Shown here: positions 1-26,200 of the stretch, piece by piece
How positions within the stretch are numbered: the first letter of the stretch is position 1
Layout: every line of letters begins with the position of its first letter
Origin: Pocillopora damicornis
Lineage: Eukaryota
Reading direction: 5' to 3'
Length of the DNA stretch: 64,000 bases
Assembly: GCF_003704095.1 (NCBI RefSeq)
Contig: NW_020846834.1
Coordinates: 186,001 to 250,000 of the forward strand
The notes under the pieces: generated by a model
Databases searched by the model: none
What the model was told of the DNA's origin: nothing
The model's input: the letters and a program-made list of their open reading frames with translations, nothing else
Program-made: the position numbers and the translations under genes

Positions 1-252
1 TTAGCGTAGTTTTCTGAATTCTCATGATATTTTCATGTAGTGTATACTGCAATTTGAATACATCTCTGTGGCTATTCTTTGAGTCATTAGTCATTCGTAG
101 TAAAAATCCTGACTCCCTTCCATAACACCCATGAGCCATCGATCAGGATCAGGTGGCTAAATAACCGTATTATGTGCGTGACTTAAACTCATGCGTGATC
201 TTTGGCTCCACCATAGACTGATGTAACGCGTGTTACGTATAAATGCTCTTGA

Positions 253-13115
<12,863 letters not shown>

Positions 13116-13637
13116 TTGGAAAGAAGCGGTTGCTTGCCTCCCTTGATCCTGGATCTCTTGATTTGTCCCTTTGTGGGGTTTAAGCTGAAGCCACCAACCA
13201 GTGAAATATTAGACGCACTCGTTCACCGATCTGTTACGATGAACATGACAAGCTTAGTAAGTGAAAGTTACGCTCTGTGCCCCTTGTAGTGAGTAATTTC
13301 AGCGACCAATTTGCCGCATCATTTCAAATCATGACTCATTCGTTCAATTCTATAGAATAATTTCACATGAATTATGAATGTATCGGTATCTTCAAAATGT
13401 CACGTTCTTAGTTATTTACTCTTTGGGTATTGGGCATCATTCATAACCAACCTTGCTGAGCAGCCAACTGATAAGTTACGGGAAAAATCGGAGCATTCTT
13501 CCTCCCATATTAAACTCAAAAATCGACATAATTTTGAACAGACATATGAGACGCAAATCGGTCGAATCGTAGAAAGGAAATGAAATAGTTGGACTTCCTG
13601 CGAAGTCACTGATAAAACGAACACACTTCCAACATAC

Positions 13638-13780
13638 CTGGAAAACTTCTGTTTCTATACATCGATTCCGCGACGCGAATATTCTATTTTTACTATCCTT
13701 GCGCGAATTCGAAGAAACGTCTAGCGACTATTAGGCTCTCTTTGCCAGTTGTTGATTGTCCACTCTTGGGCGAATTCAAT
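13638..13780 (-). other. Candidate non-coding 5' exon/promoter of FGFR (alternative candidate donor at 18266-18267)
   Basis: The first coding exon has a plausible acceptor at 13231-13232. Minus-strand donors CAG|GTATGT (13636-13637) and AAG|GTGAGTA (18266-18267) lie upstream. The upper boundary is approximate and there is no transcript evidence. Confidence 0.3.
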
Positions 13781-16249
13781 AATCGACCCTCTTAGGCGCA
13801 GTCAACTAAACAATGATCACGAATTACCTTCGCATTGACAGCGGTCAGAGGCACTCGTGCTGAGATAACACACCTAGGCACTTCCGGTGACAGAAAACTT
13901 CTCTATACCACCCCTGCGGTGTTTAGACAAATTGCCCTTCACTGCTTCCTAGCTCCTACTGTTTACAATTCTAAAGAAAACTAAGGGAGCATAAAGATCC
14001 AACAGAGTTGAAGAGTTATGTTTGAGCGAGGAGTATCAGTATTCGCGCCAGCACAAGAAAGATCTAAGTTTCTACGAGTCTAAAATGTGGTTATTCCGCA
14101 CCGGAGAGGGCTGCTCCTTTCCAGAAGATTCGTTCAGTAACCCCGTCATCCGATTGTTTGTAGTTAGTGATGCGCTTAACAACTGCTTACGAATAGCAAA
14201 GCCTCAAAACAAAAGAACTTGGCCACCTTGATACAAAAAGTTATTTTAAGAGATCAATTACCCGTGAACTCCATTGTTGTGCAAAAATCTAAATAACCCA
14301 AATAGCACATAATACCCGCAAAGGGCTCTGAGAAATGAACCAATGGCGCGCCAGAGATTTTGATCCCTGCAAATCGGACAGCTGTGTATCACAAGCAGTA
14401 ACACTGACTTAGCCTCCTGGCTGTTACACCATATTTAAATGAAACCTGAGAAAAAGAAACAATCAAATATACACCGTGGTGGGAAAAAAGTTAACTGCTG
14501 CCAACTAACGATGCATTTTTACACAGAGAACAAAGCTTGTTTATGACACAGGGATACGCTGAAAGGCTCAAATGATCAGAGTAAATCTCTCTACAAAGTT
14601 ACTTTTAATGAAATTTTAATTGGTTAATTCCTTCTTAATATTCTCAGGTATTATCCAGCGTAGCAAGCTTTACAAATGTTAATTGTGAATTTCTACTCAT
14701 CCAACTCACTTTGCTCTCCCTCTCTCTCTCTGTCCTCTCTCAGTAAGTATTCCTGCAGAGCCGTTTGTCCCGCTGCCAAACTCAATGCCAACGATGACAA
14801 AGGCGCAGTTGATAACTGTGCGATCAGATATTCACGGATGGAGATTATTTGTAAATTTATAAATGCTGTGCTGTTCTTGTTGTGACATGCTGTATCGCTA
14901 GAGCACTGAGATCGATAAGAGACCTGCACTGCACCGGAGCGTTCTATCAGACTCACCTCATTCTTCCGTGATCAATTGTTCGGAAGCTTTTGCGAATTAA
15001 AGTAGTAGCATCTCTTGTTTCACTGAGCTCACGCGACAATCAGCCTTGCATTCTTTCAACTTTATTATTCTCCATTTTGTTTTTTGTTTTGGTATATCAG
15101 TTTCGAAATCATTGAACTATGGACTTGATCGAAAAACTAACGATAATGATGATAAATAAGGATACGGACCCAAAATGCCAGAAAATCGTCATGTTATCCT
15201 AAATACCTGACAATATTTCATTTGCTTCATACAGAAAAAAAAACGTTATCAGATATTGTCATCTGAAGTGAAACATGTCAGGATGTGTATTTGAAATCAG
15301 AGGGAAACCATTACACGATCGACAAAATATTTAACGTGGTCAGTTCAGATTGCTGTATAATTTAGACCACATGTTTCATGAAACCATATGATGGTAATTC
15401 GCGAAATCCGAAGCGAGTTCAGATTTCTCGCGCGGAGAATAGATATCACACTGAAGTGTCTCAGTGATCACTTTTCGGTGACCTTATTGGACCACTCCCA
15501 AGTTCTCTTATAGGCACTTTACCACCTATTATGCTCGGTAAGAGCCTGATATTCCACAGTGGTTTACGATATCCTTGCATGACGAGAGAGAGTACGTAAA
15601 AACACCGCAATATTGATACTGTGGAACTAATTTTCCTCCGTACACGATTAATACTGATACAAATAACGCGTGAGATGACGGTGATTGATTCCTTTATTTG
15701 AAGCCACATGCCAAAAGCTTGTCTTTTGTATTTGGTTTGCTACATAAGTTAACTTTATTAGTGGAGCTTTGATCTCGAGCCAAGAAAGTCAATACTACAG
15801 AAAGGCGGAAAAACCAAAGAAATCCCTACAGAGTCTCGTGTTGCAAAGGGAAGTTGGGGTTGTTTCGATTCCCTCAGAGTTTCAGCGGTGAAATTATCCA
15901 GTTAGGTGCTGATAGATTCAATAGTCTGCTTCAGATTTTTCTGATTTACATGGTATAACAAACTTAATCTCGTCTTCGTCGTGCGTATCGCTGCATGAAG
16001 TGTAGTAATGTTTTGCTGAGATCATTCATAATACAATAGGGGCTTATATGGGTTGAAATTTCAGTTTTTTTTTTAACAAGGGAGGCAACTAATCCCAAAG
16101 AGCATACATCACACACAAACAGACTTAGTCAAATGAGACTTAAATGAAACACAAGACAAACCTAGAAATAAAGTATCCAGCTTATCATCGGAAACCAACT
16201 GTTACTTAACAGTTGTTACAACTTCAGTTTCAATGCAAGACGCAACAAA

Positions 16250-16700
16250 TTTAGGAAAAATTAAACTTGATCTTTGACAATGTTCACTATTGTTTCACTT
16301 ATCAGTTCTGACACAAATGATTGCAAAGAAAGTCTAAAGTAATTACTTTTGGGGCACAGGTTAGTGCAGACAGTACATGACACCCAAAATGAGCCGATTT
16401 GTGATGACTGAAATGAGGAATCATGGGATTATTTCGTTGAACAATCTCATAACTTTTAGTGAGACCAGTTTTACAGTTTATCATTCCTCTCAAGATGTTA
16501 GAACAACTTTTCATGGGAAGATTAATAAGCTGTTTCCGTTTCATAAAACATCAGTAATCAATGATCATAAAGCTGGTAAGGTTGTTTGTTAATGTAAGCA
16601 TTGCTTTAATATTCTGGCGTCATTGCATGTTTGCTTTAGGTACTTAACCTACTTTTAGCCGATTAGCGAATAGCTTCTTCGATTTTGGAAGTGATATTTA
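16250..16700 (-). mobile_element. Possible highly decayed LINE endonuclease remnant
   Basis: Fragmentary minus-strand peptides (TSKIEE; NRLILGVMY) resemble APE-domain motifs SLxxKIDEL and LIVGVIYRPP, but there are many stops. Confidence 0.25.
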
Positions 16701-17865
16701 TTTTTCCTTTTACTGTAGGATTTAGCTTTTCAAGTTGAGCCGGAAAGGCAGGCATAACTTGGGTCATTTGGCTTGAGGCAGCTGGACAATGTGCTTTCAG
16801 AGGTCGCATGTGTTGAATTTGGGCGTACGTGGGCATCTGGGGCAGAGAAAGAACCTGTAGAGTTAGCCATATTGCGTGCGGTCGGTTTCAGGCTCAATCG
16901 ATCCAAGTCTCTTTCTTGTAACTGGCACTGGCAGAGCAAAGACTTGAAGCTTTTTTTAGAATTCTATTGAGGCATGCTTTTCGGTCTTCTGGCGCAAACG
17001 AGGCTTTGCTGGAATCATTCATGTTAGGTCTCAAGGTTTATTGATTAGCTAGGTTTATTCAGTCCAAGTTTTGTTGTTCTTTTTGTTAAAGAGATTAGTC
17101 AATTGGATTTAAGGCACGAACTTCCTGAGTTTGCATTGGGGCAGGTTATAATTCAGTTAATAATTCATTCGATACCCAAAGCCTGAGTGTTACATCGAAA
17201 ATGGGACAGCAGCCTGCAACCTGATCGCGTTCATCATAGCTCATCAATAGCGCATTGATACGATATCCGCGCAGTATGACCAAGTGCTAGAAATAGATTG
17301 ATTGGCACTCCGCATGATGGGCCCACGAGTAGGGAATGTCCTCTCATAGCTGAAGCTCTCATCGGCTCATAGCCGGGATGATAAAGAGATGCAGCATATC
17401 CTTTGCTGCACAATCACACGCTCACTCACATACTGACACACTACTGGCATCTCATTTTCATTAAATACGACCATGCATTTTATACATGGACATTAAGAAA
17501 GAAGCAGTCATGAAAGCAGTTCTCTACAGTCATTCCTCACTGCAACCATAATTTACCGTTATACTAATGAATAATCATAAAGGAAAAATTCAGGTCTTAA
17601 CGAGATTACAATTGCTTCGGCTTAACCCAAGAAGCGAGTAGAACATCAATGCCACTCGGTCTAAATGAAAGTTACTCCTCTGATTGCAATAGCTCTTTTT
17701 GTTTAGCACCCATTGATGTGTCTCGGCCAACAAAAGACAAAACATCAGCCAACCAAACACTTGAACCCAAACGTATCAAAGGTGCTATTTTTGAAATAAT
17801 TGGCAAACGGACCTCCCTCGTTGATTGGTAAACTCGGCTGTACGACTGATTTCTCACACCAGAGC

Positions 17866-18063
17866 TTAACCCTTAAAGTCACTGGACCTGATTGTTATCA
17901 TTCTCCCCTCTGGCTGTTACACATTTCCTTCAAACAATTTGGTGATTGATCAAGACTTATACCTGATAAGTTTGAATATTCTCATTAACTGTTTGCTGGA
18001 TAATGTATGAATATTATAGGGGGAAGTTACATGTCAGATCACTTCTGGGAGTTAGAGAGTGAA
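17866..18063 (-). mobile_element. Degenerate TTAA MITE, subfamily B
   Basis: ttaacccttaa start. Internal attctcattaactgtttgctggataatg...cttctgggagttagagag matches the reverse complement of 6141-6348. Confidence 0.65.
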
Positions 18064-21000
18064 ACACTTAATAAAGCAGTTTTGTCAAACACGGTTGAAA
18101 ATTACTCTCTTCATAGAAGCTGTTGAAACCGATGTTTGTTGACTTCAAATTTAGCACAGCATTGAAAACAAAAAGTTAGCGACTCTCTGAAACCTATATA
18201 AAATTCATTATTTCAGTTCTCTGCTTCTGATTTTCAATTAGTTTGACTTTCCTTTATTATTACTCACCTTGCTAAGACTCCGACACCCAAGTTTCTTTCC
18301 TTCGATCTCTTGTCTTTTTATTTTCACAAATCATTCATCTACTTCCCCTCGCTGGATTCGCTTCCCTTCGACCTGCTGTTCAGTTATTATCAATCACTCA
18401 CTCCCTTGTTAGTTTTCACTTCCTAACTTAAACACATTGCACACAAACTGTGTGTAAACATCAGAGCCTATTGGCGTAAAATCATCGTCAACAAAAGGGT
18501 TATTTGTTAAGTTCCGATCCATTGATTTGGCATCGAATACTACCTCATTAAAACAGCCTCCTCGATTTTAGCCTAATCGACATTCTCGGGGCAAACACTA
18601 AGATTATTATGGCAATTAATGTTTTCATCTCGCGTCTTCGGCGGCATTTTTCTTTCAGCTGATACTTTCAAGGGCGTTTTTATCTCGTGTGGAATCCAAG
18701 TTACGTAAAATGCTTTTAAGGACTTGATAAAGTTAAGGACACAGACAATTGCAAAGTGTTTCTATCTCAGTAAATTGACAATAAATTGACATATATTGAT
18801 GTATAAGTCCCTTTATTTTGCTTAACAATACTGGCAACCGATTTCCATGTCAATCATCATATCATTTTTCCGTAAGGATGGAAGGGTTTATCAAAGGTGG
18901 ATGCCCTACCCTGATCGAATTGATAAAAGTTGAATTCTCCGACGTTCAATAAATTCTCGATCCTACAAAGTGGCATTGTTCAAAGGGATTCCAGAGAGCA
19001 CAAATTGGCTGAAGCATTAACCATCTACAACTTCCCTGATGGACCGATGGAGATGGTTCATTACATGCGTGTTTGCATGAGAATGCGATCTTTTTTATCT
19101 TTTTTTAACCACTTTCAGCTCTCAAAATTGTCTCATGTTACAGAAAAAAAAACTGCCTAGCAAATATTACTGAATTACCATCAAAGACCAACCCAATCTG
19201 GAGGAAGTTACCTAAAATGATGAATAATGCCCGCAGAAGTGTGAAAGTCAAAATTGTTGGGTAAATCTAGATCTGCTGAGAGAATGGTTTTCCTTCCATT
19301 TGTATGGTTGTTTACTTTAATTAAGAGAAACGCTTTTATTACTAGATATAGGTTCTTCAAGAGGGCAAAACATAGAACCTCTCCGCTTTTCCGTATACTC
19401 TATTCCTAAATCCTTTCAACTTCTAAGAATTAGCTATGATCTCCTCGACCCCAGTTTTGAACTATTTGAGTTTTTTTACGTCTACTGGCTCAGAAGATTT
19501 TAAATAATATTTTGGGTCTGTTATTGAACTTCCAAGTTGCGGCGGCGCGGGCGTAATACCGTTTTTTTTTTCGCGTGACTCTCTAGCTCTCTACAATATC
19601 ATGCCGTGCGGTAAATAAATATTCAGTCACTGTTTTTTGGGCTCTAATATCTCCGTTCAAGTATTCAATTGTCATAAATGACTTACACACTGAATTATAA
19701 ACTCTAGCGTTTCAAGGGCCTTAAAACTAATGTGAAAAGGTATTAACTGGAGCCAGAAGTGAAGAACTTCGTAGAATCATGTTTTGCTTTGAGGATAAAC
19801 ACTTCCCACCGACAACATATTCACCCTCTTATTTCCTTGGCCGTTTCCGTAAACTGTAGACTCTCGTTTTTCTCCTCCTCTTTTTTTTCTCCCATCCCTT
19901 TGTGTTTCCTTCCTTTACTTGCCTACTCATGAATATCGCGAGTGAACCTTGATGATCATTAGAGGAAACACCTTTTTTTAGACAGTTTCATCAGAGCGTG
20001 AGAGCTCCGTATTTGCCTTATCTCCCACGTCAGCCAAAAAATAATATTGCTTTTAAAAAAAAGTCCTTAAAACTTCCACAAGGGGTTACAAAAAATAACA
20101 ATCGTTAGCTAATGGCCTCAAGAGCAATAAAGTTCTTTATTTTCCCTAAGGGTGAAGTATAATGTAAGGACAGGTGATCTCCAAATAGATTTGAAGAAGT
20201 ATAAAAACATTTTAGACCTGAACATAACCTGAATTTAGGAAGGATAATTTGTGATGCAATTGAAACACCAAGAGAAATAGTCTACGATTCAAAATCTTAC
20301 AATATTTTGACAGCTACGTGTATTAGCGTCGCTTTACCGTTAAAGAAATACTGAAACAATTATAAATGAGACAAGTAGGTTACTTTGCTGGGTAGTGGTT
20401 TTATTTGTCTTAACCAAGAGTACTCACAACATGCTTTTTTAGCAAACTAACGCTGCAACAAAATTAATTACATAGTAGAATTATTATATGTTATGGATTA
20501 TAAAGAGTTATGAATTAGTTGCAGTGCAGGCCAAACGAGCGTATGAGCTAAGAACTTAAACAAGTAAAAATTAGGACAAAATTAGGATTCTGCTACGCGT
20601 CGGTTATTCATTCCAATTACTGTTTACTAAATTACTGGTAAAGGTGCCAAGTTACGATTTATATGTCTCCTAATGTAAAGCCTGATTTGTCACAACCTTG
20701 CTAGGAAACTGCACGTAACCATGTAACAATCATTTCTGCTGTCGGTTTCCACCTACACGTAGAGCATCGGATAAAGAGGCGATCGATAAATATCAAGTTA
20801 GGGCAGGATATAGTGAAATATTACAGTCATGTAATTAATATACCCTGTAGATGCCCTGATGCCCCGAAAATATTTTGGACTTTAAATAATCATGATCAAA
20901 ATATTCTAGTACTTTGCTTCTATAAACAAAACTAAAAAAATTGTATTCCATCGCTCGAGGTTACTTTGAAAAGAAAAATTACCTCTGAGCCTCTGGCATT

Positions 21001-21319
21001 TTTTTAAAATTTTTGATAGCATGGTAAATATTTTACATCCAAAGAAAAGGTTTTCAAATTTTATCTCAGTTTCATCTGGTTTTAAGGATCTTTGTGACTT
21101 TTGTTGCATGACAGGACTGGGAAAATATATCGATTTGTGATAACAAACAACAATATTTATTTGCTTAAGTCTTGATTCTAATATTTGCTCACCCAAAAGT
21201 GTTGAGTATGTCAATGTACTTGCTTCAAGCATTTTTCAATTCATGCTTATCACTATAAATGATTTCTATAATCTGAGATGGAACAAAGGTATAAAAAATA
21301 CTTGATGTTGATCCTCTAA

Positions 21320-21446
21320 TTGCAATTTCGTCATACATTACTTAGAACTATCACTTGTAATGGTAGCATTGACAGTCTTCTGATTACAATTTTCATCATA
21401 GATTACTTAGGACTGCCACTTGTAATGGTAGCAATAACATTAGTCT
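21320..21446. repeat. Tandem duplication, ~65-bp unit x2
   Basis: attacttagaactatcacttgtaatggtagca is repeated as attacttaggactgccacttgtaatggtagca. Confidence 0.75.
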
Positions 21447-23273
21447 TGAGATGTTTTAAAAAATAATTTTTCATACCAAAACAAAATCCACCTGCAGGCC
21501 GCAAAACCTGTGCAAATGTTTACTCTACAAAATGCGACACTACACAGTTAACCTCGAGGAAAGGAAGAAAATAGATTATTGGCGAGGAACGTTATCGTTG
21601 TGAGATAGGCGCGCTTAAGGTATTATATACCATGTAAATATATACACAGGTGAGCTCTGAAATTCACCTAATGTCTTATTTCTTCTTGTATCTCCTCAAG
21701 TCCTATCTCGGAAAAACACTTCAGTAAAAAGCGGATTGCACAGGTCTGCTTCTCAAAGGCAGAATCCTGACCAACTGTTGGCGATACATCATCGAAAGAG
21801 AACACGAAAATAGCAAGTTGGTTTCGGATGAAAGAAATATTGAAAAAAACATTGAAAGAAACATTGAAAGAAATATTTTTATTACGAATCTCTCTTCAGA
21901 GCCAATTTTATCTTGTCAACTGTTGCCTGAGTGGCTTTTATTTTTTTGGCATCATTTTCAAAACCACGCACATTTTTTGCCGCCGCTAAGCTCCCTTGAC
22001 ACTTTGAATAAGACGGTTTCCTATCATAAATTTTACTACATGATACATCAATAACAATACACGCTAGTACATTAAATGTGTACTTACCAAGTTTATTCAG
22101 GTCCAAGATGCCAAGCTCTTTAGTAAGCAAGCACGGTGACTTACATCTAACAGTATTACAAACGTTCTTGTAATCGACAACCAATCAGAATGAACTAGCT
22201 ACTAACGCGTCACTTCTTGCATGTTACGTGATAGAGTAAAACTTGAAATGTAAATTTGTTAGCTATAACGTAACTTAAAATAATTTTGACGCCAACAGTT
22301 CCAAATTTGACGCTTGTTACAGGCCTTGATCACCTACCATCAAATAGCTCTTTTTCATTGTCTCATAAATAACATGGTTTGAAAGATGAAAAATAAATCG
22401 AGATTTTGTGAATTCAAAAAGGCTAAGTTAAGATTATTCTTTGCCATCCCCGGCTGTTTCCTTTCTGCTTTATGCCATCTATTTACCGTGTGAACTCCAA
22501 TATCTAAAACTGCAGTAACAGATTTTATCAACGTTTTATCTTGTCGTTGTCTTAATATGTAAATCAGTTAGCTAACGTAATTGATTTCATCTTTGCTCGG
22601 TCATTTCCCTGGGTAATTTTTGCTTTTTGCTCTCTTGTCAAATCGTGTTGCCAACGATCTTCACTTGGCAATACCCATACAATCGTGTTCTTTCTATCCT
22701 TCCGAATTAAACAAGCAGAGATACAAAAAAAAAGCATAGGACAAAAGAGTCAAAATACAAAAAACAGTGAGGAGAATAACGATGAACTAAAAAAAATTAA
22801 TTTTGTCGTAATCTGCTCTTAGTACGCCAAACTAGCACTGCATGACTGTGACGTCGCGAGAATCGATAAGCGCATAACTGTTATTACATTTTTAGTTCGG
22901 TTTGACGGTGTACGTGTTCCTGCTTTGCCATATCTTTAGTAACCAAGATACAAAGATTAAAATGTATAGATTTTATAACGAAGAAATTGGCCATCTTTTG
23001 ATCGTTAAATTTTTTCTACGTTGTACACTTAATCCATTTTTGGCTTTCTAAAATATACTTTTTCTATTGTATTTGATACTCCGATCCTAGGCTATCACGA
23101 TTTCGGAAAAAAATTAATTTGATGAATGAAGTAAAATGAAAACACCACCTCCAAGTAAGCATGATAAATAAACATTTAGATCAATATGTATGAGCCTGCG
23201 ATGCAATTGACGCTTGCTGACATCATGTCATCTTTCAAGTTGGTTACACGACGCCGATTGAGTCGCTCACAAT

Positions 23274-26200
23274 ATGGCGTCTAAGGTGGACGAAGATTCC
23301 GAAGAAGGAAGAAAATCTGTTGAAGAACGGTTGGATGGGAATAGAGAAAAATATGAACAGTGCGCGATGGAAGAAGTTAGAAAAGAAGAACATTTAAAAA
23401 ACAGGTCTAAATTTTCTGCGAACGCGCAGGTAGTTGAAGAGTTGTTTGACAATGTTTCTGGAGAAGATTCTGAAAGTGAAACATTTCAAGATGCAGTTGA
23501 GGATTTAAATGAAAAAATTAACTCTTGTAAAGCGAAGTCGAGTGAAGATACGAATGAAGAAGAGAAAGAGGGAAAAAACGAGGTAGCGGAGGAAGAAGAA
23601 AGGTTAACACCTGAAGAAAAGGAGGTAAGGATTTTAGAATTCTTTGAGTTTCAATTTATACGGCCTTACATGTTTCAAAAGATTTTCTTACATTTTACAT
23701 ACTGTTATACAGCTTCATCCACGCCTGTAAGCACAGTTTGACTCACGTTTAGTCAAGTCATGCGGATATCTTGCCGAGAGATGTTTCTGATACAAATAAT
23801 GAGTAACAGTAATTAATTTTATCAGCTTAGCGCTTGCTTTGCATAACAAGTGACAACTGAAGGCACATTTGATATAAAAAAAGGGTCAAGATTGTAAGAT
23901 AAGGGTGGTATAAGGGGTTCCAAAAAATTTTACCACAAAGTATGCGTAATTAAAAAGTGTGCCAATCTACGTTGTTGTACAATTTGTAGATTTTGTCTCA
24001 GATTACCAGAGCTATCTGATAAGAATTAGAACTTCAGCTTGGATTTCTTTTTATTGATTATGGGCACAATCACTTTTCACTTTTTCTTTTACCTTGATTT
24101 TGTTTTACTAAGGAAAGAAAAATACAGGCACAGGAATTTAAAGAAAAAGGCAATGATTATTTTAAAAGATCTGGTAAGTGAATATTTGTGGTAAGTGAGT
24201 ATTTGTACAATGTACTTGTTAGCTAATCAACACTAGAAATTTTCTCGCGGAACTGTTAAATGATATATAGCACAATTTTTTCCTCAAGATAGGTAGTTTG
24301 GGGTCAAGATCAACACTGTGCACTGTGTAAAAATCTTGATGTCATCTTGAATTTAGTCAAGACTCTAAACAGAATTGACTAGAGTTACATTATACATGTC
24401 TTTTTATCTCAACCATATGTAATATTGATGTGATGTACTAGGGGTACATACTAGTCTAGATCATTGATATAGAAGTTATTGAGAAGGAAATTTATCGGCC
24501 ATGACTTCTTGCCATGTAAATATTTGAGGATCAGGAATGTTTTGCTATATCTGGATATGACAAAGTACAAAAGATATATTTTTTAGCTTATGATGGTAAC
24601 CTCCAGATATGCATGCAGATATGATCCACATGCCAAACAGAACAAAATGTCAAGCCTTTATTCTCTTTAGGACAAAGTTATTTTATTTATACCATTTTAT
24701 TTAATGAATGGTTAAATTTAAAAGTTTTGTTTAGCATAAAAACAGCGATGCCATCAATCTTTCTATCAGATTTCAAGAAAAAAAGAAGATACTGACAGTA
24801 ATGTTCTCATGTACAGCTCCACTTACCAAATATGAAAAATACTCTATTTACTCTATCATCTTGTTTTTATTTATGAATATGAATATACATGTATGTTAAG
24901 GGTCATCAATGTTTCTTTTATTTTTTATTTAGAATATCCTGAAGCTAGAGAACTGTACACCAGTGCAATAAAGATATGTCCAAATGATTTTACAAAGGAA
25001 AAATCCATATTTTATGCAAACAGAGCAGCCTGTCTGGTTAAAATGGTATGTTTGCTCCTTTGTGAGACCTATAATATTATGTAATGATTGGTTATCAGAA
25101 ATAATATTATGATTTAAGGGATAGGATGCAGTGTGAAAAAGACTTCTGATGATTGCTGGGTAATGAACACAAACGTTTTTTTGTTTGATTTCTCTGCAAT
25201 AACACAGTAATATGTGCACTGTACCCAATATTATTTTTTTCATCAAGTTATCTGTTATGTACAGTAGGTATAACTTTTACTGATAATAATCTTGATATTT
25301 ACGTGGGTTAGCCATGCTTAACTTGATACTTGATTCAAAGAAATGTTTTTATTTATAGGAGCAACACAAAGAAGCAATAGAGGACTGTACAAAAGGTAGA
25401 GATTGTTCATTTTACATTTTAGTTTATAAGTTTTTTTCTTCAAGTGTAGGTTGATAAAGAAAAATTTGAGTTAAATTTTGTGACTGAATGAAATGTTCAA
25501 TTTTATGATTACCAGGTATAGTGTACTAACAAAAAAAAAAAATAATGATACTGTCTTTATACAATGTACCTGCACTGTAATACTTTGCAGCTGTTCTTTT
25601 ACTATGGACATGCTCAATTCCAAGTTCCTGCATTAATCTTGTGGGTTTTTTTTTCTCCATCCAGCCTTAGACCTAAACTCGGATTACCTCAAAGTTAGAC
25701 TCAGGAGAGCTCAGTGCTTTGAACATGAGGACAGATTAGAAGAGGCATTAGAGGGTAAAAATTTATTAATAAAATTTGAGTGTATCATATATACCAGTGG
25801 ATGGTAGTATATTATATTTTGTATTTTTATTTTCAAGGACCAATTTATTTTGTTTCTCTACAACCAATTTACCTAAAGGTTAAACTTGGTTAAACCCCTT
25901 TCCCCAAGACCATCTAAAACTTATTACCCTATATAACAAGCATACAATGCACATTTTTTTTGTGGCTATTCAACATGTGAATTTAGTGTTAAAAGGAATT
26001 TTTAAATTGAGCCTTGCAAGTTATCGCGGATTGCTGGATATTCTCTTCTGGCAGGAAAAGTTTTCTTAGATAGGAGTCCTCTCAAAACAAACAAAAAATG
26101 TTTTCCAATTGTGCTCACTCATTGTTGTGGCTTTTTTTTCATAAATTCTGTATTTTCTTATTTTCTTTCTTTTCTGCAAGGTGGGACTCCTGGGGCTTTT

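Noticed and set aside
14693-14956. 87-aa minus ORF
   Set aside because: Partly a GA repeat, non-ATG start, and no recognisable family or exon partners.
20420-22200. Series of minus-strand splice-like sites suggesting a gene divergent from TTC1
   Set aside because: I could not join them into an open frame. A decayed pseudogene or lncRNA is possible but unsupported.
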